A stretch of 64,000 nucleotides of DNA. It comes from a virus. Taxonomy: Duplodnaviria; Caudoviricetes. The stretch is from the IMG/VR virus record IMGVR_UViG_2671180292_000001, positions 54,495 to 118,494 of that record; one strand, given 5' to 3'. Below the pieces are notes generated by a model. It was not told the origin of the DNA and ran no database searches. It saw only the letters and a program-made list of their open reading frames with translations. Numbering within the stretch: position 1 is the first letter of the stretch; the number at the start of each line of letters is the position of its first letter. A program made the position numbers and the translations under genes. This document shows, piece by piece, positions 18,136 to 27,880 of this stretch.

Positions 18136-18311
18136 CGGGGGTCTCCGGTCGTCTGCGCGGTCTGGGGCTTGCCCTTTTCCCGCACGGTGGCGCCCTGGTA
18201 GCGCTTGGCGACCGCGTCAGCGGCGGGCTTCGAGGGGGTGGTGTACGCGATCCGGCCGTCGGCGGTGACGACCTCGTACTGCTGCCTGTTCTTGTTGCAC
18301 CCGCATCCCAT
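18132..18311 (-). CDS. Small MGCGC protein following the protease gene
   Basis: MGCGCNKNRQQYEVVTADG..., a small gene type common in such capsid modules. Confidence 0.6.
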   Translation of the reverse strand: MGCGCNKNRQQYEVVTADGRIAYTTPSKPAADAVAKRYQGATVREKGKPQTAQTTGDPR

Positions 18312-18313
18312 GA

Positions 18314-21300
18314 TCAGACACCTTCCTTCACCTTGGCCGCCAGGTTGGCGGCGAGTTCTGCACGAACGGGCGCGAGTTCGGCGGCCATGCGTTCGATCTC
18401 GGCCCTCACCTCGGCACGGCGTTCCATCTCGTCCACCACCGCGGCGGCGAGCGTCCCGTAGTCCACCGCAGGCGCCGCTGGCTGTCCGGGGGTAGGCGCT
18501 GCGGACGCGGTGAGCGCGAGGTTGGCCCGGCCGATCACCGCCGACGCGGCCAGCTTCGACGGGTGACCCGGCACCGGGACGGACAGCACGGCGCGGAGGG
18601 ACCACTGCCCGTTGCGTTCCTGCCGCATGTGATAGCTCGGCTGGCAGGCCGCGAAGACCATCCGGTCCCACTCGCTGAGCCAAGGGGCTGCCGCTCCGGA
18701 AAACCACAGGCCGCCCTCGGACATACCGACGGTGACGATCCCGGCCACGGTGCGCGTGTCATCCCATTGACACGCTGCGGTCTCACATTCAGCGCCGTCT
18801 CTGTGGTGGCCCACGTTCATGGTGAACGCCCCCACCTTCGCGTAGGTGCCATCGTCCAGCAGGAACCGCGTCCGGAGGAACGCCGTGGTGTCGACATCCC
18901 CCAAGCTCTCGATCGTCAGGTTCCGCCCGGGGTAGGCCTCATGCGGGACACCGGCCTGAGCGACCCACCCGTAGATCCTGCCGTCCGCGTAGTGCACACC
19001 GCCCGAGCCCGGTGGCAGTTCCTCCGGAGTCGGCTCGCGGAACCACGCGGCGGGCATCGGCGGAAGGGACTGCATCTCCTGCCAGGCTGACGCTTCGAGC
19101 TCGTCCATCTCGTCCTCGTCTTCGTCCCATGGCGCGACCATCCGCTCGTCGAACGCCTCGCCCATGCGCCGGTAGAGGGCGCTGACCCGCTCGCGGAGGG
19201 CGTCCTGCTCGTCTTCGGGGATGTCGACCCCGCCCCGGCCGCCGGACAGGACGTTGGCGACGGCGAACACGCCATGGGCGACGATCTCCAAGCGCTGCCC
19301 GCCGTCCCCGTCATAGACACTGGCGACGCCGAGCTTGTACGCCGAAAGGGTCGCCGGATCCTTGTCCGGGTCTCGCCACAGGAACGCCGCGCCGAGCCGG
19401 TCAGGGTCTACGGTGCCGTCGCCATCGGTGGCCCAGGCGAGCACCCGTGATCCGGCGGCGTCTCCGTCCCATTCGGCGTCCCGCTCCGAGTGGATCGGCA
19501 GCTCGAGGTCGCCGGACATCGCAGCGACGATTTCAGGCCGGTCCTCCGGCAGTGTGGAGGCGCCGACGTACAGGCCACGGGACAAGCGGACGATGTGCCC
19601 GGCCTCGCACGCGCGGGCGAGGTAGTCCCGTGCCTGGGTGGTGGTCATCTCCAGCGCGGTGGCGACGTCGTCGGCTGCGACGGGGATGGGGCTGGTCGCG
19701 ACGTAGGCGATGACCTCACGCATCCGGCCCCGCTCGGGAGCCCCGTCTGCGGTCACTTCCGCCGCGTCGAGGGTGATCCGCGCGCCTGCGAACGCCGGCA
19801 TGCTGACGAGGGTTGCGCCTCGCAGGCGGCCTCGGGTGATCCGCATCAGGAAATCGCCCGCGCGTTCGGCCATCAACACCTCGCCTCGGGCGTCGTCGGC
19901 GTCCCCGGCTGCGGCGGTAACGACCCCGGCAGCGGTGAGAGCTGCGTGGAGCGCGGCCCCGGCGACCAGCCCGGCCGGGCTGGTGGTCCACTCGACGGTG
20001 TGGTCTGCGCGGACTGCGGTCCCGCTGGCGGTGTGCTCAACCCGGTGGGTCGCCCTCACCCGGTACCCGCCCTCGGACAGGGGGGTGATCGTGGTGTGGG
20101 CGAGGGAGGCCAGCAGCACCACCTCATCCCCGCTATCGGGTTCCTCGCGCTCTTCTGGCGGGCGGGCATCCACGAACTCCACATCGACGTCGTCCAAGTC
20201 CACGGACACGCCCAGGGGCGCGCCTTCCTCAAGGAGGCGGATCGCCTGCGCCCCTGCCGGTTGGGAGGGGTAGAGCACTCCGGTGCCGGGGATACGGTCG
20301 CCGTCCCGGTCGAGCGTTTCGATCGCCCCGGCGAGCTCCGCGCCTTCATGCCCGGAGAGCATTTCGTCGGCGTACTGCAGCGGCCACGGACCGTCCTGCC
20401 AGTACAGCGCGCCCGGCGAGAAGATACGGCCGTCGCCGGTCTGCTGGTTCTCGAACGCCAGCGCGTCACTGCCGGGTGTGGACCAGCGGCGCGGCGTCGG
20501 GGTCGTTTCGGTGGCGTCGGCGGTCACAGCGGACTCCTCCTGCGAAAGGGAGAGCGGGATATCGGTGATGTCACCGGCGTAGGCGATGCGGAGCCGGTCG
20601 AACGTGATTGGGCCGACCCTGTCGGCCAGGCCTGGCAGCTGGGTCAGGTCATCGGTGTAGGTGAGCGTGACGTGGGGCGCCCACGGGTCGTGCTGCTCCG
20701 GGTACGCGAACACCTCGAGCACCATCCCGGCCACCGCGTCATGGATCGCCGACAGTTCGCCACCGCCGACACCGAGCACGATGCACGGCTCCTCACCGCC
20801 GGGATTGAACACGCTGATCGCGAACCCGTTCGCCTCCACCGGGCCGTTCCCCGCGGTTTGGGCTTCCTCGACATGCGAGCGGAGACGGTCCACGATCGCC
20901 GCCCGCGCCTCATCCGGGATGTCCTCAGCCGGGCCGAGGAACAACAGCGTCAGGTGCAGCTCCTCCGGCGGCAGGCCGCCCTCCACGGCAAGCCGCTCAA
21001 TGTCTTCCTGGGTGGGCACCAGCGCCACCATCGCACCCGAATGCGGACCCCCAGCAGCGGCGGTCACCTCAGACTGCTCGTCGATCTCCCGCACGATCCC
21101 TCTCTCCTCGAAATCGCTGACGACGGCGGCTATCTCGTCTTCGGTGAGGAACTGCCGGCCTCGGTCCCGATCGGCCCCGCGCGGCACGGTCTCTTCGTCC
21201 CAGTCCATGACCATCGAGCAGCGGCAATTGATCACGTTTTCCGGTCCGCCGAGCGGGTCGCCCGGGAACATCAACATGGCGCCGCCGACCAGGAATGGTT

Positions 21301-22123
21301 CGTCGAGCAGCACCCGGGCGCCATCGGCACGCCAGTGCGCCGCCCTGGTGCGGGTGTCGAGAGTAGAGATCCACTCCTTGACCGTGGGACGGTCCTCGTC
21401 GGGCAGGTCCCATGCCTCGTCGTACGCCGCGGTGTGCCAGGCCGACAGGACCTCGGTGCGGGCGATCCTCCGCGCCCGCACATCGCCAAGCTCGGTGCCG
21501 TGTGCGGCGAACGTCTCCTTCAGCCGGTCGCGGAGCTCGTCCATGTCGTCGCCCTCGGCCACGCCCTGGGCGAGAGTCTCCCGCGCGGCCTTCCACAGGT
21601 CGTCACCGACGTCCCGCATCCGGTTCTCCGCCATGCGGAGGTAGCGCTGCACCCGCTCCGGGAGGGTCTCGGGGTCCCGCAGGTAGGCGTCTACGAGGTC
21701 GACGGAGCGGTCGACGGGGTCCGCGCGGGCGTCCTCGTCGTCGCGATCAGGCTCGGCGGGCGGGACCGGCCGCTCATCCTCCGGCACCTGGTCATCCTCG
21801 AGCCGACGCTCGGCGAGCCAGCGGAGCATCGCCCCTGCCCCCGCCCCGTACACCGCCACCAGCGGCGCCAACACGGAGGGGATCTGCGCCCACCACAGCG
21901 CGGCCACGGCCTGCAGGTCCGCCTCTTCGACGGGTTCGCCCTGGGCGACCAGCACGCGCGGATAGCCGGAGGCGGTCAGGTGCGCGGCATACTCCTCCGC
22001 GACCTGGTCGAGCGCGGCCTGCACCACCCGCTCGGCCATCGGTTCCAACCCGCGCAGCGTCCGCTCGGATGCCACTCGCAGCCCGTCACGATGGTCACGC
22101 TCAGCCATCTTGGACTCAGCCAC
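18314..22123 (-). CDS. MuF (minor head) + 2H phosphoesterase + capsid maturation protease fusion
   Basis: RARRIARTE...KEWISTLDTRTRAAH...FPGDP...NVINCRC (MuF). ELHLTL / PHVTL (2H pair). TGDGRIF...GVSVDLD...RLRGATLVSMPAF (protease). Confidence 0.85.
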   Translation of the reverse strand: MAESKMAERDHRDGLRVASERTLRGLEPMAERVVQAALDQVAEEYAAHLTASGYPRVLVAQGEPVEEADLQAVAALWWAQIPSVLAPLVAVYGAGAGAMLRWLAERRLEDDQVPEDERPVPPAEPDRDDEDARADPVDRSVDLVDAYLRDPETLPERVQRYLRMAENRMRDVGDDLWKAARETLAQGVAEGDDMDELRDRLKETFAAHGTELGDVRARRIARTEVLSAWHTAAYDEAWDLPDEDRPTVKEWISTLDTRTRAAHWRADGARVLLDEPFLVGGAMLMFPGDPLGGPENVINCRCSMVMDWDEETVPRGADRDRGRQFLTEDEIAAVVSDFEERGIVREIDEQSEVTAAAGGPHSGAMVALVPTQEDIERLAVEGGLPPEELHLTLLFLGPAEDIPDEARAAIVDRLRSHVEEAQTAGNGPVEANGFAISVFNPGGEEPCIVLGVGGGELSAIHDAVAGMVLEVFAYPEQHDPWAPHVTLTYTDDLTQLPGLADRVGPITFDRLRIAYAGDITDIPLSLSQEESAVTADATETTPTPRRWSTPGSDALAFENQQTGDGRIFSPGALYWQDGPWPLQYADEMLSGHEGAELAGAIETLDRDGDRIPGTGVLYPSQPAGAQAIRLLEEGAPLGVSVDLDDVDVEFVDARPPEEREEPDSGDEVVLLASLAHTTITPLSEGGYRVRATHRVEHTASGTAVRADHTVEWTTSPAGLVAGAALHAALTAAGVVTAAAGDADDARGEVLMAERAGDFLMRITRGRLRGATLVSMPAFAGARITLDAAEVTADGAPERGRMREVIAYVATSPIPVAADDVATALEMTTTQARDYLARACEAGHIVRLSRGLYVGASTLPEDRPEIVAAMSGDLELPIHSERDAEWDGDAAGSRVLAWATDGDGTVDPDRLGAAFLWRDPDKDPATLSAYKLGVASVYDGDGGQRLEIVAHGVFAVANVLSGGRGGVDIPEDEQDALRERVSALYRRMGEAFDERMVAPWDEDEDEMDELEASAWQEMQSLPPMPAAWFREPTPEELPPGSGGVHYADGRIYGWVAQAGVPHEAYPGRNLTIESLGDVDTTAFLRTRFLLDDGTYAKVGAFTMNVGHHRDGAECETAACQWDDTRTVAGIVTVGMSEGGLWFSGAAAPWLSEWDRMVFAACQPSYHMRQERNGQWSLRAVLSVPVPGHPSKLAASAVIGRANLALTASAAPTPGQPAAPAVDYGTLAAAVVDEMERRAEVRAEIERMAAELAPVRAELAANLAAKVKEGV

Positions 22124-23531
22124 AGCGCACCTCCTCGCCAGCAGCGGAGGAGGGCAGTGTGTCCGGCGGCTCCGTGGTCTCGTCCACCGGCAGCGCCGGG
22201 GCGGCCGGCAGCCGCTCCCCCCGCTCCTGCTGTCGTTGGCGGCGCGCGGCCTGCTCGTTAGCGTCAGGGGCGTCGGTGTCGTCGAACCCGGTCTCCCGGC
22301 GCAGCGCCTCCGCGCTGATGACACCGCGGTCGTACACCTCGAGTGCGGTCTGGGAGCGGTTGGCGTAGACCCGCAACTGGCTGGTTTCGTACCACACCAG
22401 CACGTCATCAGCGTCTGCGATGTTCTCGGATTGGAGGAGGGGGCGGAGCCACTGCCCGGTGAGGGCGTCCGAGACGGTCGCTAGCCGGGGCTCGATGCCG
22501 AGCCGGATCGCTTCCTGTTGAAGGCTCCACTGCCCCCAGTGGTTGACATCACCTAGACCGAGGAGGATTTCTGCGGGGACCTCCAGCCCAAGGGCGAACC
22601 GGCGGATGGCTTCCTCTCGCAACTTGATCGCGATCTCATCGAACTCCGACTCGAACGTGATCCGCTGAATCTGCCCGATGGCCTCGCCGGGTACTTCCAG
22701 GATGATCGGCACTGCCGCCGCAGCGCTTTCGGGGTCCTTATAGGCGGTTTCGGCGACGGTCATGAAAACTTCGATCAGGTCGTCTTCGCCCTCGTCTCCC
22801 GGCTGACCAGTCGAGGGGAAGCGGACGCCGTGCGGGACGAGCAGCACCCCACGCCCGTGCAAGCGGGAACGGGCGATCGCCGCAACGGAGGCGTTCAGCA
22901 GCCGCAGCTCTTCCAGTAGGCCGAGGGATGACCGGACGGGTGAGTCGGCTTCGATGTACCGGCGCGGGTGGGGTTGCCAGACGCGGATCGCCACTGCTGC
23001 TGTTGGATCGGCTGGTGCGTCGGGGTCGTCACCTGGGATGACGACCTTCTCCCCGTCGATTTCCGCTTCGAGGTTCCGGCCGGCGCGGGTGACTTCCTCC
23101 GTGGACAGGACCCGCCAGTCCACCTCGGCGCGTTCCCCCGTCGGGTCGGTGGGGCGGATGACGATCCAGCCCTCACCGGGCACCACCAGGTGCGGGCCGA
23201 AAGCCTTCAACATCTCTGATTGCCCGGCCGGGCCGCCCGCGATCGTAGCGACGAGCTCGGCCGCACGGTGACTGTCCGGGAGGGGGTCGACGGTGCCGTC
23301 TGGGGCGCGTACTCCCGCGATGAGGCGGGCCTTGCTCATGGCGTTCGCGACCCAGGTGGCAGCGAACCTGACCTCCGGAACCGTGTCGTAGAAGGCCCAG
23401 GCTGTGTGCTGCCAGGACTGGTCAGGGGCTTGCGCCTGGCCACGAAACCGGCGGGTGGTCCAGCGGGCAGCCGCAGCCGCCAACTCGCGGACGCCACGGC
23501 TTCCGCGTCTGCTGGCAGGGGTGGACGGCAT
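22116..23531 (-). CDS. Portal protein
   Basis: 471 aa; WQHTAWAFYDTVPEVRF, ADSPVRS and NHWGQW motifs; upstream of the MuF/protease gene. Confidence 0.8.
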   Translation of the reverse strand: MPSTPASRRGSRGVRELAAAAARWTTRRFRGQAQAPDQSWQHTAWAFYDTVPEVRFAATWVANAMSKARLIAGVRAPDGTVDPLPDSHRAAELVATIAGGPAGQSEMLKAFGPHLVVPGEGWIVIRPTDPTGERAEVDWRVLSTEEVTRAGRNLEAEIDGEKVVIPGDDPDAPADPTAAVAIRVWQPHPRRYIEADSPVRSSLGLLEELRLLNASVAAIARSRLHGRGVLLVPHGVRFPSTGQPGDEGEDDLIEVFMTVAETAYKDPESAAAAVPIILEVPGEAIGQIQRITFESEFDEIAIKLREEAIRRFALGLEVPAEILLGLGDVNHWGQWSLQQEAIRLGIEPRLATVSDALTGQWLRPLLQSENIADADDVLVWYETSQLRVYANRSQTALEVYDRGVISAEALRRETGFDDTDAPDANEQAARRQRQQERGERLPAAPALPVDETTEPPDTLPSSAAGEEVRCG

Positions 23532-23562
23532 CCCGGCACCTCGGATCAGGTGTGGAGTCCGG

Positions 23563-23582
23563 CCCGGCCCGTAGCCAGCAGC
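23563..23582 (-). promoter_or_regulatory. Late-gene leader motif copy 3, preceded by a TACCAT -10-like box
   Basis: GCTGCTGGCTACGGGCCGGG upstream of the portal gene. Confidence 0.55.
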
Positions 23583-23621
23583 CCGCGATGGTACTCATGT
23601 AAGCCTAGCGACGGCCCATGG

Positions 23622-23981
23622 TCAGGAGCAGATCTCCGCGCCTTGGAGGGCAGCAGCGAGCCACCGCAGCTCGTGCGGCACACCCGAGCGGAGCAGCGCG
23701 CGAACGTATTCGTCGGCCGCGCGGATCAGCCGGTCCTTGTCCACGCTCCCGCCGGGGGTAGCGGCGAGGGCTTGGCGGAGGCACGTCCACGCACCGGTGA
23801 GGAGCCGATCCAGGTCGTCGTCATCCACCCGGATCTGCGTGTGCAGCAGGTACGGGGGGATGTGCTGGTAGCGGGACCGCCGGTCACGGGTGAGGAGGCG
23901 TTTGCCGCTGACTTCGAGTGCGCGCCAGACCGCGACGTCGGCGGCGAGGATCACCTCATCCACGCACGTCGTGGCGCTCAT
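23622..23981 (-). CDS. Hypothetical protein
   Basis: ATGA-coupled ORF; ALEVSGKRL...PPYLLHT resembles segments seen at portal C-termini. Confidence 0.55.
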   Translation of the reverse strand: MSATTCVDEVILAADVAVWRALEVSGKRLLTRDRRSRYQHIPPYLLHTQIRVDDDDLDRLLTGAWTCLRQALAATPGGSVDKDRLIRAADEYVRALLRSGVPHELRWLAAALQGAEICS

Positions 23982-24313
23982 ACCGCGGCCCGGGTGTCGT
24001 CCCACCGGTTGAGGAGGACCGCACCGCCGGCGATCGCGAACCACTCGACGCCATGCAGCAGCCAGTGCGCGTCACCCCAGGTGCCCGTGCAGGTGAGGTA
24101 GACGGCGAGGATGATCCCGGACAGCCAAAATCCCATGCAGTATGGGCAGCTGATGAGGGTGGTGATCAGCTCGCGGGGTCTCGATTCGGGGCGGTGTGCC
24201 TGCCACAGGTGGATGCGGTCTCGGATCGGGTCCAAGATCGAGTCCCAGACGATCAACTGGGTTGATCGGTAACCAGCGAGCGCGAGCACGGCAAGCACGG
24301 CGATATTGATCAC
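23978..24313 (-). CDS. DUF1360-family membrane protein
   Basis: LAGYRSTQLIVWDSILDPIR...LISCPYCMGFW. Confidence 0.75.
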   Translation of the reverse strand: MINIAVLAVLALAGYRSTQLIVWDSILDPIRDRIHLWQAHRPESRPRELITTLISCPYCMGFWLSGIILAVYLTCTGTWGDAHWLLHGVEWFAIAGGAVLLNRWDDTRAAV

Positions 24314-24444
24314 GGGCAACCCCCCAAGATCTCCCGATTTGCCGCCAATCATAGGGGTCAAGGTCGTGATTCCTTGTTCGTCAAGCGACCTGCCAGAAAA
24401 GTAATCCCTGTGACGGTGTCAGTCCTGGTTGTTACCGTGGGTGA

Positions 24445-24750
24445 ATGGCCCCCTCCACGCCTCGACGCGCGCACACCCTGCGCCGCCTCGGCCGGCGCAC
24501 AGCCGACCCGCCGCTCAGCGTGCTGGACGTCGCTCTCCGCCTCGACAACTCCCGCGTGGTTCACCTGGCCGGGACCGCGACCGACCACCGCGGTGAGACC
24601 TTGCCCGCCCCGGCCTGTCACGTCGGCGTCGCCGGATGGGACCCCCGCCGGTTGCACGTGTCGGAAGCGCCGGTCACCTGCCGCCGCTGCCTCCACCTTC
24701 TGGAGGCGAGGCAGATCCCCGCAGTCCCTCTGCAAGAGCCGCTGTTCTAA
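24445..24750 (+). CDS. Hypothetical protein (Cys/His motif)
   Basis: VVHLA...PACH...VTCRRC. Confidence 0.5.
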   Translation: MAPSTPRRAHTLRRLGRRTADPPLSVLDVALRLDNSRVVHLAGTATDHRGETLPAPACHVGVAGWDPRRLHVSEAPVTCRRCLHLLEARQIPAVPLQEPLF

Positions 24751-24822
24751 CCGGACGGTTTTCCCTACTTCCCGTGGGCTCCGCTGCGATACTGGGGCAT
24801 CCCAGCCCTCGAGGAGCCTCCC

Positions 24823-25191
24823 TTGTCCTTCAAATCCGCCGCCGCTACCACTGCTGCCGCTGTCATGGCGTTGACCGCATGCAGCAGCCCGGCGACGTCG
24901 GAGGAGGAAACCGGACGCCACGTCACCTCAGCTGAAGTGACACCCTGGCCTTTCGCCGCCGGAGCTGGGCGGCTGGCATGCCCCTTCGGAAACGAAGTGG
25001 TATTCACGCCGGACGGGTCCTCGACGACGTACGCGCTGAACGGCCGAGCCATGGGAACCGGCAAGTACCGGCGGCTAGAGCCCGATGACCCGATGTGGCT
25101 GAGCGACGAAACCGTACCGGTCGAGATCGGCCCGCCGATAAAGATCACTACTCACCGTTTGATCGAAGAGGGCTTGAAGCTCTGCCAGTAG
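24823..25191 (+). CDS. Lipoprotein, DUF2511/YebY-like
   Basis: Lipobox LTAC; WPF....GRLAC...VVF....YALNG...LIEEGLKLC. Confidence 0.65.
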   Translation: MSFKSAAATTAAAVMALTACSSPATSEEETGRHVTSAEVTPWPFAAGAGRLACPFGNEVVFTPDGSSTTYALNGRAMGTGKYRRLEPDDPMWLSDETVPVEIGPPIKITTHRLIEEGLKLCQ

Positions 25192-25215
25192 GAGCGCGGC
25201 TCGACGAGGTAACCG

Positions 25216-26301
25216 TCACTGCTGCTCCTCGGGGTCAAGCGAGGGGAGGCTCAGCCGGTCTGTCGCCTCCCGCCGGCGCCGCTCCGGCCGCCGGTCGTAC
25301 CGCGCGGTTGTCGCTGGGGATGCGTGGCCGACCAGCGCCTGAGCCGTGGCGAGGTCCACCCCGGCGTCAAGCAGCTCCCCGACGTAGGTGCGGCGGAAGT
25401 CGTGCGGGGTCCGGCGGGCGGTCTTGGCTTTGCCGAACCGGCGGTCGTGGACGACGCCGAGCGCGCGGGGGGTCATGTGTTTCATCCGGCCGCCGTCGTC
25501 GTAGAGGATCTGGCCGCTCTTGCGCAGCGCGGGGAACAGGGCGCCGGGGGCACGGCCGCGTGCGGCGAGCCAGGCTTCGACTCGGGCCATCGCGTCGGGG
25601 ATGAGGTAGACGAGGCGTTCCTTGTCGCCCTTGCCGCGGACTTTGAGGGAGCGGGTGCCGGGGTTGTAGTCGGCGAGGGTGAGACCGACGAGTTCGGCTC
25701 GGCGGCAGCCGGTGGAGAACAGGGTGGCGAACAGGGCACCGTCGCGGAGGCCGATCACGCGGTGTCCCTCAGTTTCGGCGTCGGCGTCGCAGCTACGGAG
25801 CACGGCGGCGAGGCTTTCGCCGGGGACGTCCTTCCCGGCGGGGACTCGACTCCCGCTGACGGTTTCGAGGTCGGCGGCGCGCTGGTATGTCTCGGCGTCC
25901 ATCAGGCCGAGCTTCCATGCTTCCTTCAGGACGCGGCGCAGCGCCACGAGGTGCTTGTTCACATGGCTGGGGGACCAGCCCTGTTCCAAGAGCTTCGTGC
26001 GGATCTTGACGGTGTGGCCGTAGGTGAGGCGGTCCCAGCCCAGGGTGGCGCCGAAGTTCTCCCGCTCGATCGTGGGCATGGCGTTCCACTGTTCGTCGTC
26101 GAGTTCGGCTATGAGGCGGGCGATCCGGTTCAAGCAGCCGCGCATCGTCCGCTTGGACTCCTCGCTCTTGAGGTTGTCCAAGTAGACATGGAACGGGTTA
26201 CACGCGGGCGCGGCCGGGACAGCAGGCAGATGGGCGTGCTCGACGACAACGGGGACGAGGCCGGTCGCGTCATCCATTGTTGGCGGCTCAAGGTCGGTCA
26301 T
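25216..26301 (-). CDS. Tyrosine recombinase (XerC/Cre-like)
   Basis: TGCRRAE, KGDKER, HDFRR, GHAS..TT.RY catalytic motifs. Confidence 0.9.
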   Translation of the reverse strand: MTDLEPPTMDDATGLVPVVVEHAHLPAVPAAPACNPFHVYLDNLKSEESKRTMRGCLNRIARLIAELDDEQWNAMPTIERENFGATLGWDRLTYGHTVKIRTKLLEQGWSPSHVNKHLVALRRVLKEAWKLGLMDAETYQRAADLETVSGSRVPAGKDVPGESLAAVLRSCDADAETEGHRVIGLRDGALFATLFSTGCRRAELVGLTLADYNPGTRSLKVRGKGDKERLVYLIPDAMARVEAWLAARGRAPGALFPALRKSGQILYDDGGRMKHMTPRALGVVHDRRFGKAKTARRTPHDFRRTYVGELLDAGVDLATAQALVGHASPATTARYDRRPERRRREATDRLSLPSLDPEEQQ

Positions 26302-26821
26302 CGGCCACCGCCTGCCGCACCCTGGCCTCCGCCAGTTCCTCGAACCTCGCGATGTCCTCCGGGGCCATCGGACGCACGGCTCGACCACTGATCCTCAACG
26401 CCAGGTTGTACAACTCGCGATGCCGTACGTCCCACTTGACGTCGCTCTCGTTCAGTAGGGCCGTGGCCAGTTCGACCGTGGGCGAAACGTAACGGCCGTC
26501 GACCATCGCGGAGCTGTACAGGCCGTCGATCAATTTCTCGACGAAGCCCTCGCCGTGGACCGAACAGATGATCGACTCCTCGATGACGTCGTCATCGTCG
26601 TCGGTCCAGTCGTAGTGGTCGATGACTCCTTTAGCGCTGACCGGGCCGTGCGCCACGACATGCGTCCAGGCGTACAGGCGGGTGCCGTCACCGCATTCCG
26701 CGCATCTGTAGACACTTGTTGCTGGAGTGGCAGCAGCGGCCTTAACTGCCGCCCTGGCGTGGCGTGATCGTTCAGCCTGAAACGATCTCCGGTCCAGCTT
26801 GGAGCGGGACTTGAGGCTCAT
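26288..26821 (-). CDS. Hypothetical protein
   Basis: CAECG...CSVH; overlaps the recombinase start. Confidence 0.55.
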   Translation of the reverse strand: MSLKSRSKLDRRSFQAERSRHARAAVKAAAATPATSVYRCAECGDGTRLYAWTHVVAHGPVSAKGVIDHYDWTDDDDDVIEESIICSVHGEGFVEKLIDGLYSSAMVDGRYVSPTVELATALLNESDVKWDVRHRELYNLALRISGRAVRPMAPEDIARFEELAEARVRQAVADDRP

Positions 26822-26830
26822 GGGGGACTC

Positions 26831-27022
26831 CTACGGGATCTTGTAAGGGCTGATGTCCAGGTCGAGCCTGTCGGCGATCGGTGCGAGTGCCGGGTCGGCA
26901 CGTAGTTGCTCGAAGGTTTCCCGGAGCCGAGCTTGCAGCGTCTCCCATGCCTGGGCTTCGTCGTCATGCTCGTCCGGTTCGAGCCAGGCGGAGATCTCGA
27001 TTGAGTGTTTCTCTCGGGCCAT
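26831..27022 (-). CDS. Hypothetical protein
   Basis: GGGAG RBS, 63 aa. Confidence 0.5.
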   Translation of the reverse strand: MAREKHSIEISAWLEPDEHDDEAQAWETLQARLRETFEQLRADPALAPIADRLDLDISPYKIP

Positions 27023-27261
27023 GGTGATCGTTGCTCCCGTTGGTCTTGGGGTCGGGTGGCTCGACTCTAGCACGCTTAGGTTCCGGGAATTGGCATTCCG
27101 TGAATCTAAAATCGGGCCAGAAAACAGCAGCTTTGAAGCGCCGCAGTCAGAGATATTTCGCCCCACAACTATCCGCACAGGGAACAGTTCGCGTCCGGAT
27201 CCGTCCGGGAGCGTCCGCTGCCGTCCAGCCGGGCCCGGAAGCGCCCAGCGTGGATCAGCTT

Positions 27262-27756
27262 TCAGGCGACCTCGTCCTGATTTCGTTCCTTCTGCCCGTA
27301 GACGGCCGGATGACCGAACACGTCGTCAAACTGATGGGCCAGCCTGCCGTTGATGAGGTAGTACGAGCCCCCAAGACCACGAGGCCCGCGAGACCCGTAG
27401 GCCATCACCTCCTGCGGCGTGAGAACGCCGAGGTTTCCGAACACATAGAAGATCGGCACACCGAACGCGGCGATGAACTGGAGCCCGAAGCTCACACACT
27501 TCTGGGAGACGGCGTACCGGCCAGTGTCTGCGCTGCTCATGCGGTCCTTCGCATCGATCGCAACCAGATCACCGTCTCGTACTGCGACCAGGTCAGGAAA
27601 ATTGGCCCAGCGGGTACGTGCGATAGCGCGTCTGATTTCTTCGCGGAGGATGGACTGCCCCCATGGGTTTACAGCCCAGTTGCGTGTCTCCAGTTCTGCG
27701 CAGATGCGGAGTTCGTGGGCTTCTCCAAAGCTTTTCCGATCATGGAATGAGTGCAT
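27262..27756 (-). CDS. PD-(D/E)XK nuclease-like protein
   Basis: GEAHE...FPDLVAVRDGDLVAIDAK. Confidence 0.65.
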   Translation of the reverse strand: MHSFHDRKSFGEAHELRICAELETRNWAVNPWGQSILREEIRRAIARTRWANFPDLVAVRDGDLVAIDAKDRMSSADTGRYAVSQKCVSFGLQFIAAFGVPIFYVFGNLGVLTPQEVMAYGSRGPRGLGGSYYLINGRLAHQFDDVFGHPAVYGQKERNQDEVA

Positions 27757-27800
27757 AGGCCAACGATGGGTGATGCCCTTGAGCTGCCGCAACTCGTGTC

Positions 27801-27880
27801 TCGTGGGGTCTGGTGAGCGCTCGTGGAGTCTGGCGAGCGCTCGTGAAGTCTCGTGAGCGCTCGTGGGGCCTGGTTAGTCT
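27801..27880. repeat. Tandem 10/20-bp repeats containing three GAGCGCTC palindromes
   Basis: tcgtggggtc tggtgagcgc tcgtggagtc tggcgagcgc tcgtgaagtc tcgtgagcgc tcgtggggcc tggttagtct. Confidence 0.85.

Noticed and set aside
25216-26301. Prophage integrase marking an attachment boundary
   Set aside because: Phage genes continue on both sides, and no tRNA or att core duplication is visible.
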